This document shows positions 40,211 to 50,011 of a stretch of DNA of 64,000 nucleotides, one piece after another. The stretch's first letter is position 1. Each line of letters opens with the position of its first letter. Below the pieces are notes generated by a model that saw only the letters and a program-made list of their open reading frames with translations, had not been told where the DNA came from and searched no databases. The stretch is from a virus (lineage: Duplodnaviria; Caudoviricetes). The stretch lies in the IMG/VR virus record IMGVR_UViG_3300028833_000142, positions 1-64,000 of that record; one strand, given 5' to 3'. The translations under genes and the position numbers were made by a program.

Positions 40211-43200
40211 ATGCAGACATTAGAAAGAGAAAACGGTGTAAAAGAGGTAAATATGGAAGAAAATAATAAAAAAGAGTTTATAAAAAATTACTTAAATTCT
40301 CAATCTTATCAAAAAGATTTTGTCAATTTTATGGTAAATATGTTAGATAAATACGGGGTTGAAATATTTAATCTAAATGGTATTGGTGAACAATTAGATA
40401 TGAATAAAGCAATTAAGAAAGCTATGTCTAGTTCAACAATGGCAGATACTTCTGTAGACCCTAATTCTAATACCAATATTATTACAAGTGGTGCAGTATT
40501 TTCCGAAGTGGGGAAAGCACATTCTTTAATCCATAATCATTATAGAGTTTGGAAATTTATGAAAAAATCACATGATTTAGAATATGCGAATGATTTAATG
40601 GAAAGAAAGTTAACTGGTCAAATTTATATACATGATTTTAGTTCATTTTTACCGTATTCTTACTATGGAAAAACAGTTATAACTGTTAAATATCGTGGTC
40701 AAATTCTCTATTTGAATATGGAAGACTTGTTTAATATGTTTGAAAATAGTATTGAAGTTCTTCCTGATAGAGAAACAATTGATTTATCTAATGTTAATAT
40801 TTATGTTTTAGATAAAGGAAATAAGTTTGTTAAATTAACAAGAGTTTTACGCCATAAATCACATTGTGGGCTGTTAAAATTTGAAACAAAGAATGGAAGA
40901 ACAACAATAGTAACAGAAGACCACCCAGTAATTTTAGAAAATGGAGAAGAAAAACAGGCTTCTGCAATCAATATAGGCGATAGATTGATGATTTCAGATT
41001 GTTTGTTTGATATATTCGATAGTGGTTGTCATGATATTAGTAGAACAAAATATCTTGTTGGTTTTACTTTGGGTGATGGTCATTTGATATTGGGTGGAAC
41101 AAGAGGAAGTAATCAATTAAGCATAAAACAGAAAGGTTTAGAAAATCATAAAGTGTACCAATATATAAAGGAAGAAAGTCCAACAACGGCTAATAATTTA
41201 CACGATGGTGGTAACGGTACACAACGAGTTAGTTTTGGTACAAAGTGCTGGGTATGTAAAAATGCACAAATAAATCATGGAGCACCGAATAAAGTATTCC
41301 CTAAAGATGTACTAAATTGGGATAAAAATGAAGTTTTAAGTTTTATAGCAGGACTTATTGATTCAGATGGTTGTGTTAATTCACAGAACGGTGTTGTAGA
41401 TGTTCGTGTAACTGCCTTTTCAGCAGTTCAACAAATGGCTGAAATTTTGAGAAGTTTAGGTTTTGAACGTGTAAGAACTTCTTTAATGGATACACAAAAG
41501 AGAGAGTATCAATTCGGTTCCAATTATGACATGTATAGGGTTTCTTTCGTTGTAAATGACAAAAACATTGATTTAGTTAATTTTTCTGATAAATTGCAAA
41601 AATACAAGGATGTTGTGCTGAAAGAGCGTGGGAAAGACGGTAGGTTTGAAACAAACGAGGTTTTGAAAATCCGTTCATTTGAACAAGACTATGTTTATGA
41701 TATTACTACCGAGACAGGAACTTTCAGTTCACAAGGGTTAATACAACATAACTGTTTTAATTTTGACCCAGTACATTTTGCTTTATTAGGTATACCTAAA
41801 GAGCTAGATGGTAAAGGTGAAAGTTTACCACCACAACATATGGAATCTTTCTTTGGTATTTTGGAAGATATATTACCAATTTTCGCTAAAAATTTAGCTG
41901 GGGCTTGCGGAATAGCCACATTATTTCCAGTTTTATCTATATATGTACAAAAAGCAATAAAAGAAGGATATAAAATAGATAAAATACAATTAAAAGATGA
42001 ACAAGCTGTATGGGATTTTTTAAGAGTAAAATTGACATCTTTATTATATAATCTTAATAGACCATCCAGAGATGGTTCACAAAGTTTATTTACTAACGTA
42101 AGTATTATGTCACCGTCTTTCTTAGAAGAAGTTTGTGCTAATACTGTTGTGGTATTTAAAAATGATGTGGTTATTACAGCCGATGTAGATATTACTTTAA
42201 AAATACAAGATTTATGGGTTGATGTGTTTAACGAAGAAAGTAAGAGAAGACTATTTACCTTCCCAGTTCAAACATTGTCTATAGCAACAGTAGAAGACCC
42301 AGAAACAGGTAAACAAAAAATAGTAGATGAAGATTTTTATAACAAAATGATGGCTAAAAACTCTAAGTTGGCATCACAAAATGTATATGCTGGTGATAGT
42401 TCAACGCTAAGCTCCTGCTGCCGTTTGCGTTCAGATAAATCTAAAATTTTTACAAATTCATTAGGTGGTTCTACTTCAAATATAGGTTCGTTTGGTGTAT
42501 GTACAATAAATCTTGCTACTTTAGGTTTAAGATATAAAGACAACTTAGATAAATTTTACAAAGAACTTGAAAAAAATATTCGTTATGCACAAGAAGTTAA
42601 TAGATGTAAGATGAATTTCATTAAAAAAGATATAAAACGTGGTGCATTGCCTATGTATACATTGGGTTTTGTATCTTTAGATAAACAATATGCTACACTC
42701 GGAATTAACGGTTTATATGAATGTTGTGTGGAATTAGGCAAGGATTATAGAGAATTAAAAAATCGTAGCTTTGTAGAAGAATTACTACAATTTATTAATA
42801 AAATAAATGACGATATAGGCGAAAATACTTTAAAACATATTGTTAATTGTGAACAAGTGCCCGCCGAAAATGTTGCTGTAAAACTTGCAAAAATTGATAA
42901 TTTGCTTGGTTATAATACTAATTACGAAATTTATGCAAATCAATTTATTCCATTAGATATAACTACAGAAGGTGGTATATTGGACAGGGTATCAATACAA
43001 GGTGAGTTAGATAAATATTTTAGCGGTGGTAGTATTTTACACGCAAATTTAGACCAAGAATGTGATGAACAGTCATTTATAGACCTTGGCAAATATGCAA
43101 TTGAAAACGGTGTCAGATATTTTGGTATTAATTATGTTACTTGTAAATGTCATAATTGTGAAGGTACATTTGTTGGTAAATTCGATAAATGTCCTCATTG

Positions 43201-43324
43201 TGGCTCAGAAGATTTTGAGGCTTGGTGTCGTATTATAGGATATATGGTACCTATTTCTAATTATAATGCGGTTAGAAGAAAAAAATTTAACGATAGAATT
43301 TTTTATAAAAGTATCAATAATTAG
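40211..43324 (+). CDS. nrdD: Anaerobic (class III) ribonucleotide reductase, intein-containing, lacking an ATP cone
   Basis: IYIHD; SSCCRL finger loop; EQVPAE; YFSGGSILH; CHNC/CPHC Zn site; glycyl radical motif RIIGYM. Confidence 0.95.
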   Translation: MQTLERENGVKEVNMEENNKKEFIKNYLNSQSYQKDFVNFMVNMLDKYGVEIFNLNGIGEQLDMNKAIKKAMSSSTMADTSVDPNSNTNIITSGAVFSEVGKAHSLIHNHYRVWKFMKKSHDLEYANDLMERKLTGQIYIHDFSSFLPYSYYGKTVITVKYRGQILYLNMEDLFNMFENSIEVLPDRETIDLSNVNIYVLDKGNKFVKLTRVLRHKSHCGLLKFETKNGRTTIVTEDHPVILENGEEKQASAINIGDRLMISDCLFDIFDSGCHDISRTKYLVGFTLGDGHLILGGTRGSNQLSIKQKGLENHKVYQYIKEESPTTANNLHDGGNGTQRVSFGTKCWVCKNAQINHGAPNKVFPKDVLNWDKNEVLSFIAGLIDSDGCVNSQNGVVDVRVTAFSAVQQMAEILRSLGFERVRTSLMDTQKREYQFGSNYDMYRVSFVVNDKNIDLVNFSDKLQKYKDVVLKERGKDGRFETNEVLKIRSFEQDYVYDITTETGTFSSQGLIQHNCFNFDPVHFALLGIPKELDGKGESLPPQHMESFFGILEDILPIFAKNLAGACGIATLFPVLSIYVQKAIKEGYKIDKIQLKDEQAVWDFLRVKLTSLLYNLNRPSRDGSQSLFTNVSIMSPSFLEEVCANTVVVFKNDVVITADVDITLKIQDLWVDVFNEESKRRLFTFPVQTLSIATVEDPETGKQKIVDEDFYNKMMAKNSKLASQNVYAGDSSTLSSCCRLRSDKSKIFTNSLGGSTSNIGSFGVCTINLATLGLRYKDNLDKFYKELEKNIRYAQEVNRCKMNFIKKDIKRGALPMYTLGFVSLDKQYATLGINGLYECCVELGKDYRELKNRSFVEELLQFINKINDDIGENTLKHIVNCEQVPAENVAVKLAKIDNLLGYNTNYEIYANQFIPLDITTEGGILDRVSIQGELDKYFSGGSILHANLDQECDEQSFIDLGKYAIENGVRYFGINYVTCKCHNCEGTFVGKFDKCPHCGSEDFEAWCRIIGYMVPISNYNAVRRKKFNDRIFYKSINN
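40658..41752 (+). mobile_element. Intein with LAGLIDADG homing endonuclease (365 aa, Ser1...His-Asn, +1 Cys)
   Basis: PY|SYYGKTVITV; block B TEDHPVI; LVGFTLGDG and FIAGLIDSDG; VYDITTETGTF...QHN|CFNF. Confidence 0.92.
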
Positions 43325-43413
43325 TATAAAATATATATTCAGACCTTTGCATTTAGCAGAGGTCTATTTATATCTCTTGACATCAAAATATTTTTATACT
43401 AAAATAATAAGAC

Positions 43414-43914
43414 ATGGAGGTAAGAATGCAAAAAAATTTACAAATAGCCCATATAGAATACTCTATAACAACTAAATCACTTGATATATTCACAATTGGT
43501 TGTGATGGTCATTGTACTGGTTGTTGCAACCCAGAAATAAAAAGTTGGGATTTAAAAGGATTAAGTGTATTTGAAGTATTAGACAAAGTTATGGAATTAA
43601 ATTCTCGATACGATAATCTTATCGAAAGAGTAATAGTTGTGGGTGGAGACCCAGTTGACGCATACTCTAAATATCCTTTTGATATGAAAACATTATTAAA
43701 AGGTATTAAATCGGTTACAGGTAAACCTCTGTATCTATTCACTCGTCACGGTTTACCACTTATCCCACAAGACTTAAAAGACCTTGTAGATTATATAAAA
43801 AGCGGCGAATATAAATCAGAGTTAACTTGTGATGACAATATACAATACGGTATAAAATTAGCTACTAGCAATCAGGTAATATATAGAAAGGAAAATGACG
43901 AATGGATAAAATAA
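43414..43914 (+). CDS. nrdG: Anaerobic RNR activase (radical SAM)
   Basis: GCDGHCTGCCNP; VVGGDP; DYIKSGEY; LATSNQ; adjacent to nrdD. Confidence 0.9.
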   Translation: MEVRMQKNLQIAHIEYSITTKSLDIFTIGCDGHCTGCCNPEIKSWDLKGLSVFEVLDKVMELNSRYDNLIERVIVVGGDPVDAYSKYPFDMKTLLKGIKSVTGKPLYLFTRHGLPLIPQDLKDLVDYIKSGEYKSELTCDDNIQYGIKLATSNQVIYRKENDEWIK

Positions 43915-44180
43915 CTTATAGACCCCAAGGTGTATGTTCAAAGATTATACAAATTAGTTTAGATGGCGATAAAATAGACAAAGTAGTCTTTATAGGTGGA
44001 TGTCAAGGCAACGCTGGTGGTATATCCGCATTAGTTAAAGGTTTAACTATACAAGAAGCAATTGAAAAACTTGAGGGTATACAGTGTGGTAATAAAGGTA
44101 CAAGTTGCCCAGACCAATTTGCTAAAGCATTAAAAGAATTTTTAGAAAAACAAGGAGTAAAAAATGACCAAAATAACTAA
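43902..44180 (+). CDS. TSCPD-domain protein (TIGR03905-like)
   Basis: YRPQGVCSK...FIGGCQGN...GIQCGNKGTSCPDQFAKAL. Confidence 0.9.
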   Translation: MDKITYRPQGVCSKIIQISLDGDKIDKVVFIGGCQGNAGGISALVKGLTIQEAIEKLEGIQCGNKGTSCPDQFAKALKEFLEKQGVKNDQNN

Positions 44181-44409
44181 ATATGCAAGTCATACTTGTG
44201 TAAAATGTAAAGTATTAGATAAAATGTTAAAACAATTAAATATCGAACCAGACGAAACAATATATACGGAAGATGTTGATATTAACGAATTAACTCAAAG
44301 AGGTATAATGTCGTTACCCACTTTAATTATTGATAATGGAAAACAAACATATAAACTTTCTGGTGCAATAACAGCGAAAGATATAAAACAATGTCTTGAC
44401 ATAGAATAA
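44164..44409 (+). CDS. Glutaredoxin/thioredoxin-like protein
   Basis: CVKC and GIMSLPTLII. Confidence 0.85.
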   Translation: MTKITKYASHTCVKCKVLDKMLKQLNIEPDETIYTEDVDINELTQRGIMSLPTLIIDNGKQTYKLSGAITAKDIKQCLDIE

Positions 44410-44430
44410 AATATATGGTATCATATATAT

Positions 44431-45845
44431 ATGAAAAGAGAACAACGTGTAGAAAACAAAATAAGCGAACTCAAAAACACAATAAGTGCGTATGTTTCAG
44501 AGATAGAAACTCTAAGAAAAGATGTTGAGTTTTACGAAGAAATATTAGATTTATTGCAACGTAAATCAGAAGAATTAAACCCGTGTGAGTTTAAACAATT
44601 TTTTGATGAAGAAATTATAATAGAGAAAGGTTTATGATGGGTGTAGAAGTAGAATTAGTAGGACTGATAGGTTTAAAATTAGATTATATAAAATATCATG
44701 TATATAAAAATAAAAATGATGAAGATTATATAGAGCATAAAGAAGAGGGTAAATTAGATAATATACACTGTATATTTGAAGATTATTTTCCAGAAAATTT
44801 TATATCTAAATCTGATGTTATGAGCGGTGAATATGTATATATAGGTAAAAAAATATTCGTCACTAAATATATAGACGTAGGTGTAGAGGTATCTTTAAAC
44901 CCAGAAGAATTACAAAAGGAAATTGATAGTGTTATACCAGATTTAAAGGCATTGGGTATAGAATTTGAAAACAAAGACGTTAAGGTACATTTCTTCACTC
45001 ATTTTTGGTGATGTAATTATATATGTCATATAGGGTTTCCTTGCAATAGAACGGTTTTACCGTTCTTTTCTTTTGCTTGACAAAAAGGTAAAAATATGGT
45101 ATCATACAAGAAAAGGAGAAAAATATGGTAAAAATTGCAGAAGAATTAGAAAAATACAAAAATGGTGAAATTTCCGCAGAAGATTTGTGGGATAAACTAC
45201 GTTGGAATACTCATGAGATTAAAGAAGTGGCAGTTGAAGAATATCGCTGGCAAATTCTATATAATTGGGTGGTACAAGACGAAGAAAATAGATACTGGTC
45301 TTTTGGTAGACTTATGGATAAAGGTGAAATGGGTGAACACGAAGATTTTGACCCATATTGTATACAAGAGGTTGAACCTTATGAGAAAACCGTTATTGAT
45401 TATAAACCGATTTTAAAAGATGTAGAGGTAAAAAATGGATAAAAAACTAAATTTTGATTTAATTGATGGACTTAAAAAGGTAGATGATTTAGCAGAAGAA
45501 GAATTTGAAGAAAGACCTGCTTCATATGGCTTTTGGTATAGTATAGGCGAGGGTAATGGTTCTATGTTTGTAGAATTTTTAAAAGACGAAGAAACAAAGA
45601 AAAAATGTTATGAAGCGATAGGTATATTGAGTAAATTGGAAAGTTTAATAGACGATTATATAATTTGGATGTAGAAAGGAATTAAAATGCCAATAGATAA
45701 TACAAGAAGTCATAGTGAAATTGTACAAGAGTTAATGGATGCGTATGAAAAGACTGGAAGGATTGGGAACCTCACCCCAGAAGATAGGGAAGATGCCTTA
45801 CGCATCAGTAATGCTATCGCCTTCAAAGCAAAAGAGGATAAATAA
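44431..45845 (+). other. Small hypothetical genes (44431, 44634, 45125, 45435, and a 52-aa ORF at 45687-45845)
   Basis: RBS-led ORFs with consensus promoters at 44396 and 45077. Confidence 0.6.
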
Positions 45846-45856
45846 CTTTAATATAC

Positions 45857-45885
45857 TTGACATCGGTATACCTTTGTGGTATACT
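45857..45885 (+). promoter_or_regulatory. Promoter of the radical SAM operon, overlapped by a GGTATACC-TTTGT-GGTATAC inverted repeat
   Basis: TTGACA-17-TATACT with TG extension; the palindrome covers the spacer and the -10 box. Confidence 0.8.
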
Positions 45886-45916
45886 GGTGTTAGTTACAAA
45901 AGGAAAGGTATGTAAA

Positions 45917-47059
45917 ATGGAAGAAACAAAAGAATTGCAAAAAGAAGTTAAAAAAACATTAGATTTTAAGGATTATGTTACACCTCAAGGGTACAAATAT
46001 TCTATTTATGATGATAAAAACATCAAAATAGTAAAATCCGAGAAATATAACAGTATCTTTAATAAAAAAACTGGTATGTTTTTGAGATGGGGTGAAACAC
46101 CACAGGTTGACCCGAAGTTTTCGCCAGTGGGATGTGAGATTTTAGACATAGAAGTCTCGACAATATGTCACGGAATTAATAATCAACCTTGCCCGTGGTG
46201 TTATAAAAGTAATTTTGCAGTCGGTGAAAACATGTCATTTGAAACCTATAAACAAATTATAGATAAAATGCCATTATCTTTAAATTCTGTAGCAATAGGA
46301 ATTGGCAGTATAGACGCTAATCCAGACCTCTGGAAAATAATGGAATATACCAGAGAAAAAGGTATAGTTCCCAATATCACTATAAACGGTGCAAGATTAA
46401 CAGATGAAATCGTAGAAAAATTGGTTAAATATTGCGGTGCAGTTAGCGTATCTTGTTATTCACCTAAAGATGTTTGCTATGATGCCGTTAAAAGATTGAC
46501 AGATGCTGGTTTAAAACAGGTTAACATACATCAGTTAATTGCACATGAAACAGTGGATAAATGTTTAGAAGTTATAAACGATAAACTAACAGACTCAAGA
46601 TTAGAAAAATTAAACGCTATAGTATTCTTAACATTAAAACCAAAAGGTAAAAGAAATACGTTGACGGTGCCAACAATGGATGATTATAGAAAAGTAATTA
46701 AATCAGCTATTGATAAAAAGGTTGGTATAGGTTCTGATAGTTGTGGTAGTGGTGCACTTTATAGAGTTTATAAAGAACTAGGTTTAGAAAATATGGTTAA
46801 AGATGTCGTAGAAAGTTGTGAGTCTTTTGGTTTGTTTTCTTCTTATATAAACGTAAGAAATGAATATTTTCCCTGCTCTTTTACAGAAAATGAAGGTGAA
46901 TGGGAACAGGGTATAAATGTATTAAATTGTGAAGATTTTTTAAGTGATGTTTGGTTTAATGAAAAATTAGAAAAATATCGTAAAGCTTCAATTTGTTCGG
47001 CAGATTGTAATGGTTGCCGTAAATGTTTAACATTTAAAGATGTGAATGTAGAGGTGTAA
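45917..47059 (+). CDS. Radical SAM enzyme with a C-terminal SPASM/twitch domain
   Basis: CHGINNQPCPWC cluster motif; PNITING; C-terminal CES...YINV..EYFPCSF...C..CRKC. Start at the ATG after the GAAAGGT RBS. Confidence 0.9.
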   Translation: MEETKELQKEVKKTLDFKDYVTPQGYKYSIYDDKNIKIVKSEKYNSIFNKKTGMFLRWGETPQVDPKFSPVGCEILDIEVSTICHGINNQPCPWCYKSNFAVGENMSFETYKQIIDKMPLSLNSVAIGIGSIDANPDLWKIMEYTREKGIVPNITINGARLTDEIVEKLVKYCGAVSVSCYSPKDVCYDAVKRLTDAGLKQVNIHQLIAHETVDKCLEVINDKLTDSRLEKLNAIVFLTLKPKGKRNTLTVPTMDDYRKVIKSAIDKKVGIGSDSCGSGALYRVYKELGLENMVKDVVESCESFGLFSSYINVRNEYFPCSFTENEGEWEQGINVLNCEDFLSDVWFNEKLEKYRKASICSADCNGCRKCLTFKDVNVEV

Positions 47060-47060
47060 T

Positions 47061-47456
47061 ATGAAAGTTAGAAATGGATTTGTAAGTAACAGTAGTTCAA
47101 GTTCTTTTATTGTACGCTTAGACAAGCCAATAGAAGACTATACGTATGAAGAATTTATGGATATTTGTGGTATAACAAAATCTTATGAAAATGAAAATTG
47201 TAAAGATGAATGGGGTGATACAATGCCGTTTACTTATGGGGATTGTGTTAATGCCTTATGGAATGATTTAAAGGATAAATATGCCAAAGTGTTAAGCGAC
47301 TGGTTTAAAGAAGAATACTGTGTGGATAATCTTGGACCTACGGAATATAAGGTTTCTTATGGTAGTGAAGATAGTGACTGGGAAAAGGGTAGATATATGG
47401 AGTGGGAATTTATGCCACACCTCAAAATAACAAAAGATACAATTAACATGCATTAA
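47061..47456 (+). CDS. SNSSSSS-leader protein 1
   Basis: Begins MKVRNGFVSNSSSSSF. Confidence 0.85.
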   Translation: MKVRNGFVSNSSSSSFIVRLDKPIEDYTYEEFMDICGITKSYENENCKDEWGDTMPFTYGDCVNALWNDLKDKYAKVLSDWFKEEYCVDNLGPTEYKVSYGSEDSDWEKGRYMEWEFMPHLKITKDTINMH

Positions 47457-47471
47457 AGAAAGGATGTATAT

Positions 47472-47906
47472 ATGAAATTACGTACAGGTTTTGTAAGCAA
47501 CAGTTCATCATCGTCATTTATTATTTGGTATAAAGACGATTTAACAAAAGAAAATTTAATAAAAGCTATGGGTGTAGACAAAAATAATCCGCTTTATTTC
47601 TTTGCGGACGATTTGAGTGACTATGTAATAGCAGAAAGTAAAAGCTCTTATAACAAACCAATAGAGACATTTGAAGAGTTTGCAAAGGATTATGGGTTTA
47701 TTGATTGTGATGATGAAAACCCAGATTTAACTGAAGCTATAGAAGAGCTTCCAGATGAATACAATAGGTTTAAAAAAGGGTTCAAAATGTTGAGTTTATG
47801 CCCTTCATATAACGAAGCTGATAGTGCTATTGAATATTATTTAGGTAATATGAATGATAAAGTTTTAGCCGATACAGACACTATTTATATGGAAGTAGGT
47901 GAATAA
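47472..47906 (+). CDS. SNSSSSS-leader protein 2
   Basis: Begins MKLRTGFVSNSSSSSF. Confidence 0.85.
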   Translation: MKLRTGFVSNSSSSSFIIWYKDDLTKENLIKAMGVDKNNPLYFFADDLSDYVIAESKSSYNKPIETFEEFAKDYGFIDCDDENPDLTEAIEELPDEYNRFKKGFKMLSLCPSYNEADSAIEYYLGNMNDKVLADTDTIYMEVGE

Positions 47907-47909
47907 ATT

Positions 47910-48407
47910 ATGAAAATACGAAATGGTTTTGTAAGTAATAGTAGTAGCAGTAGCTTCGTAATATATAATCCACAAAAACAAGCACAAGTAATGGACATTA
48001 TAAATAATGTCGGTTGTTATGATTTTTATGAACTAGACGGTGTTTTATATACATCTTTCATATCAGACTGCTCTGATGCATATAGTATAATTTCTAGGTT
48101 AGCCGATGAAAGTTATGATGGCTCTCACGGTACACCTTATGATGAAGCTGATTATGTAGAATTTGAAGGTGATAGAGGAGTTGATAGTGTATATATATTA
48201 AAATCTAAATGTAAAGATGTGGTTGAAGCTGAAAATAGAATAAAAGATTTATTATATGAGTATGTTAAAAACTATATAAGTTGTAACAGTATATATTCAG
48301 AAGATTATATAATGAAAGTCAATGCATTAAAAGAAGATTCACCATATTTTTTAAATAGATGTTGTGAAATTGTAGGATACTGTGAAAAAGAAGATTGGAT
48401 GGAATAA
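47910..48407 (+). CDS. SNSSSSS-leader protein 3
   Basis: Begins MKIRNGFVSNSSSSSF. Confidence 0.85.
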   Translation: MKIRNGFVSNSSSSSFVIYNPQKQAQVMDIINNVGCYDFYELDGVLYTSFISDCSDAYSIISRLADESYDGSHGTPYDEADYVEFEGDRGVDSVYILKSKCKDVVEAENRIKDLLYEYVKNYISCNSIYSEDYIMKVNALKEDSPYFLNRCCEIVGYCEKEDWME

Positions 48408-48560
48408 TGAAACTAGAAGATTTTATATGCAAGGTCGATATTTTAAAATATGAAATAGAGGGTTGTAAAAATTTGATAGAATTTTATTCTAATAAAAAAG
48501 AAAATCTTGAAAAAGAATTGCATAATTTATTGAAACAAAATTTAACAAGCGAGGTAAACA

Positions 48561-49175
48561 ATGAAAATTAGAAAAGGCTTTGTAAGCAATAGTTCAAGTA
48601 GTAGTTTTGTATGTGATGTATGTGGCTATACCGAAAGTGGTTGGGATATGAGTTTAGAAGAAGCAGAAATGTATGAGTGCGAAAACGGACATACATTTTG
48701 TGAAGGACATATTATAACACCAACAAAAGAACAACTAATTGAATACGCTAAAAGAATTTTAAATAATGAAAAAATTAGTGCGGTTAATTTTTCAGAATGG
48801 TTAGATAATAAAGATTATAATTCAATTGAAGATGTAGATAGCTTAAGTGATATAGAAGATTTGTCCAGAGAATATGGTTGGGGTGAAGGTGGAAGATATG
48901 CTATACCCGAATGTTTTTGCCCCTTGTGCAATTTTGAAGAATTAAGTCAAGCAGATGCAAGAGAATATCTATATATAACAACAGGTATATTACCATCTAC
49001 TGTATTTGAAGAAGTCAAAAAAATAAATAAAAGACGTAAAAAATTAAGGGATAGTGAATATGTTTCTTATGTTTTACAAAAACTAAATAAAAACGAAACA
49101 GAATTGCTTCAAGAAATAGATGAGAGATTTAATCACTCTTATAAAAAATTTAAGATATTTATACGTGGATTATAA
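48561..49175 (+). CDS. SNSSSSS-leader protein 4 (Cys/His-rich, likely Zn-binding)
   Basis: Begins MKIRKGFVSNSSSSSF; then CDVC...CENGHTFCEGH...CPLC. Confidence 0.85.
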   Translation: MKIRKGFVSNSSSSSFVCDVCGYTESGWDMSLEEAEMYECENGHTFCEGHIITPTKEQLIEYAKRILNNEKISAVNFSEWLDNKDYNSIEDVDSLSDIEDLSREYGWGEGGRYAIPECFCPLCNFEELSQADAREYLYITTGILPSTVFEEVKKINKRRKKLRDSEYVSYVLQKLNKNETELLQEIDERFNHSYKKFKIFIRGL

Positions 49176-49238
49176 TCTATTGACAAATAAAAATATATGT
49201 GATAAAATTTTCATGTAGTTAAGAAAAGGAGAATAAAA

Positions 49239-50011
49239 ATGGCAACAGTTAAAGAAGCAGATACTATTACAATTGACAGAACAAGTGGTAAATTTAATAT
49301 TACCGCATGTGCAGATGAAAATGCTAATGTGAGTATTTCAAGTTTAGACCTTAGAAAAATTGAAACTTTTGCAGACTTGCATACTGTTATTAACTTGTTA
49401 ACGGACACAGAAGAAGCTCTACAAGCGGTAACGGATATGTATGACGGTGGGATTTGTGGTGAATGTGTTGGTCCTTGTTATGCACAATAATATGAGGGGG
49501 TTATACCCCTCTTTAAGTTTTAAGGTGTAGTTATGTTGTTTTTAAAAATTTTGTTTTATATCGTTGTATTTTATTTCTTTTTGTTTATATTAACTTGCAT
49601 TACCACAAGTGGTTTAGGTAAAATACATGAATATTTAGAACTCAGAAAAAAGGAAGAAAATAAAATAGTATATAAATCAAAAGCTAAACCCAAAGAACAT
49701 AATAATAATTTAAAATTTAATAAAAGTTTAGGTATATGGGAGGAAGAGTAGTGGATTATAAAAAAATAAAAAAACAAGATTTGATTCAACTTTTAGAAAT
49801 GTACAGTAATAAAATGACGATATTAGATATTATGCTTAATGACATATCTGATGTAAATATTAGCGATATACAAAAGTGGTTAGACGGCATACAAGATTAT
49901 TTAGCAATTTTTAAACATAAACAAATAAACGAAAATAATAATTATGATGAAAATCATTATAAACAAGTAACAATACAAGAAGCCTTGGAGTTATTAGAAG
50001 ATGACAGATAA
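49239..50011 (+). other. Three small hypothetical genes (49239, 49533 with a TM segment, ~49750)
   Basis: Promoter at 49180; hairpin GAGGGG/CCCCTC near 49495-49511. Confidence 0.55.

Noticed and set aside
45857-45916. Track start of the radical SAM ORF at 45857
   Set aside because: That TTG is the -35 box of the promoter. The RBS-supported ATG is at 45917.
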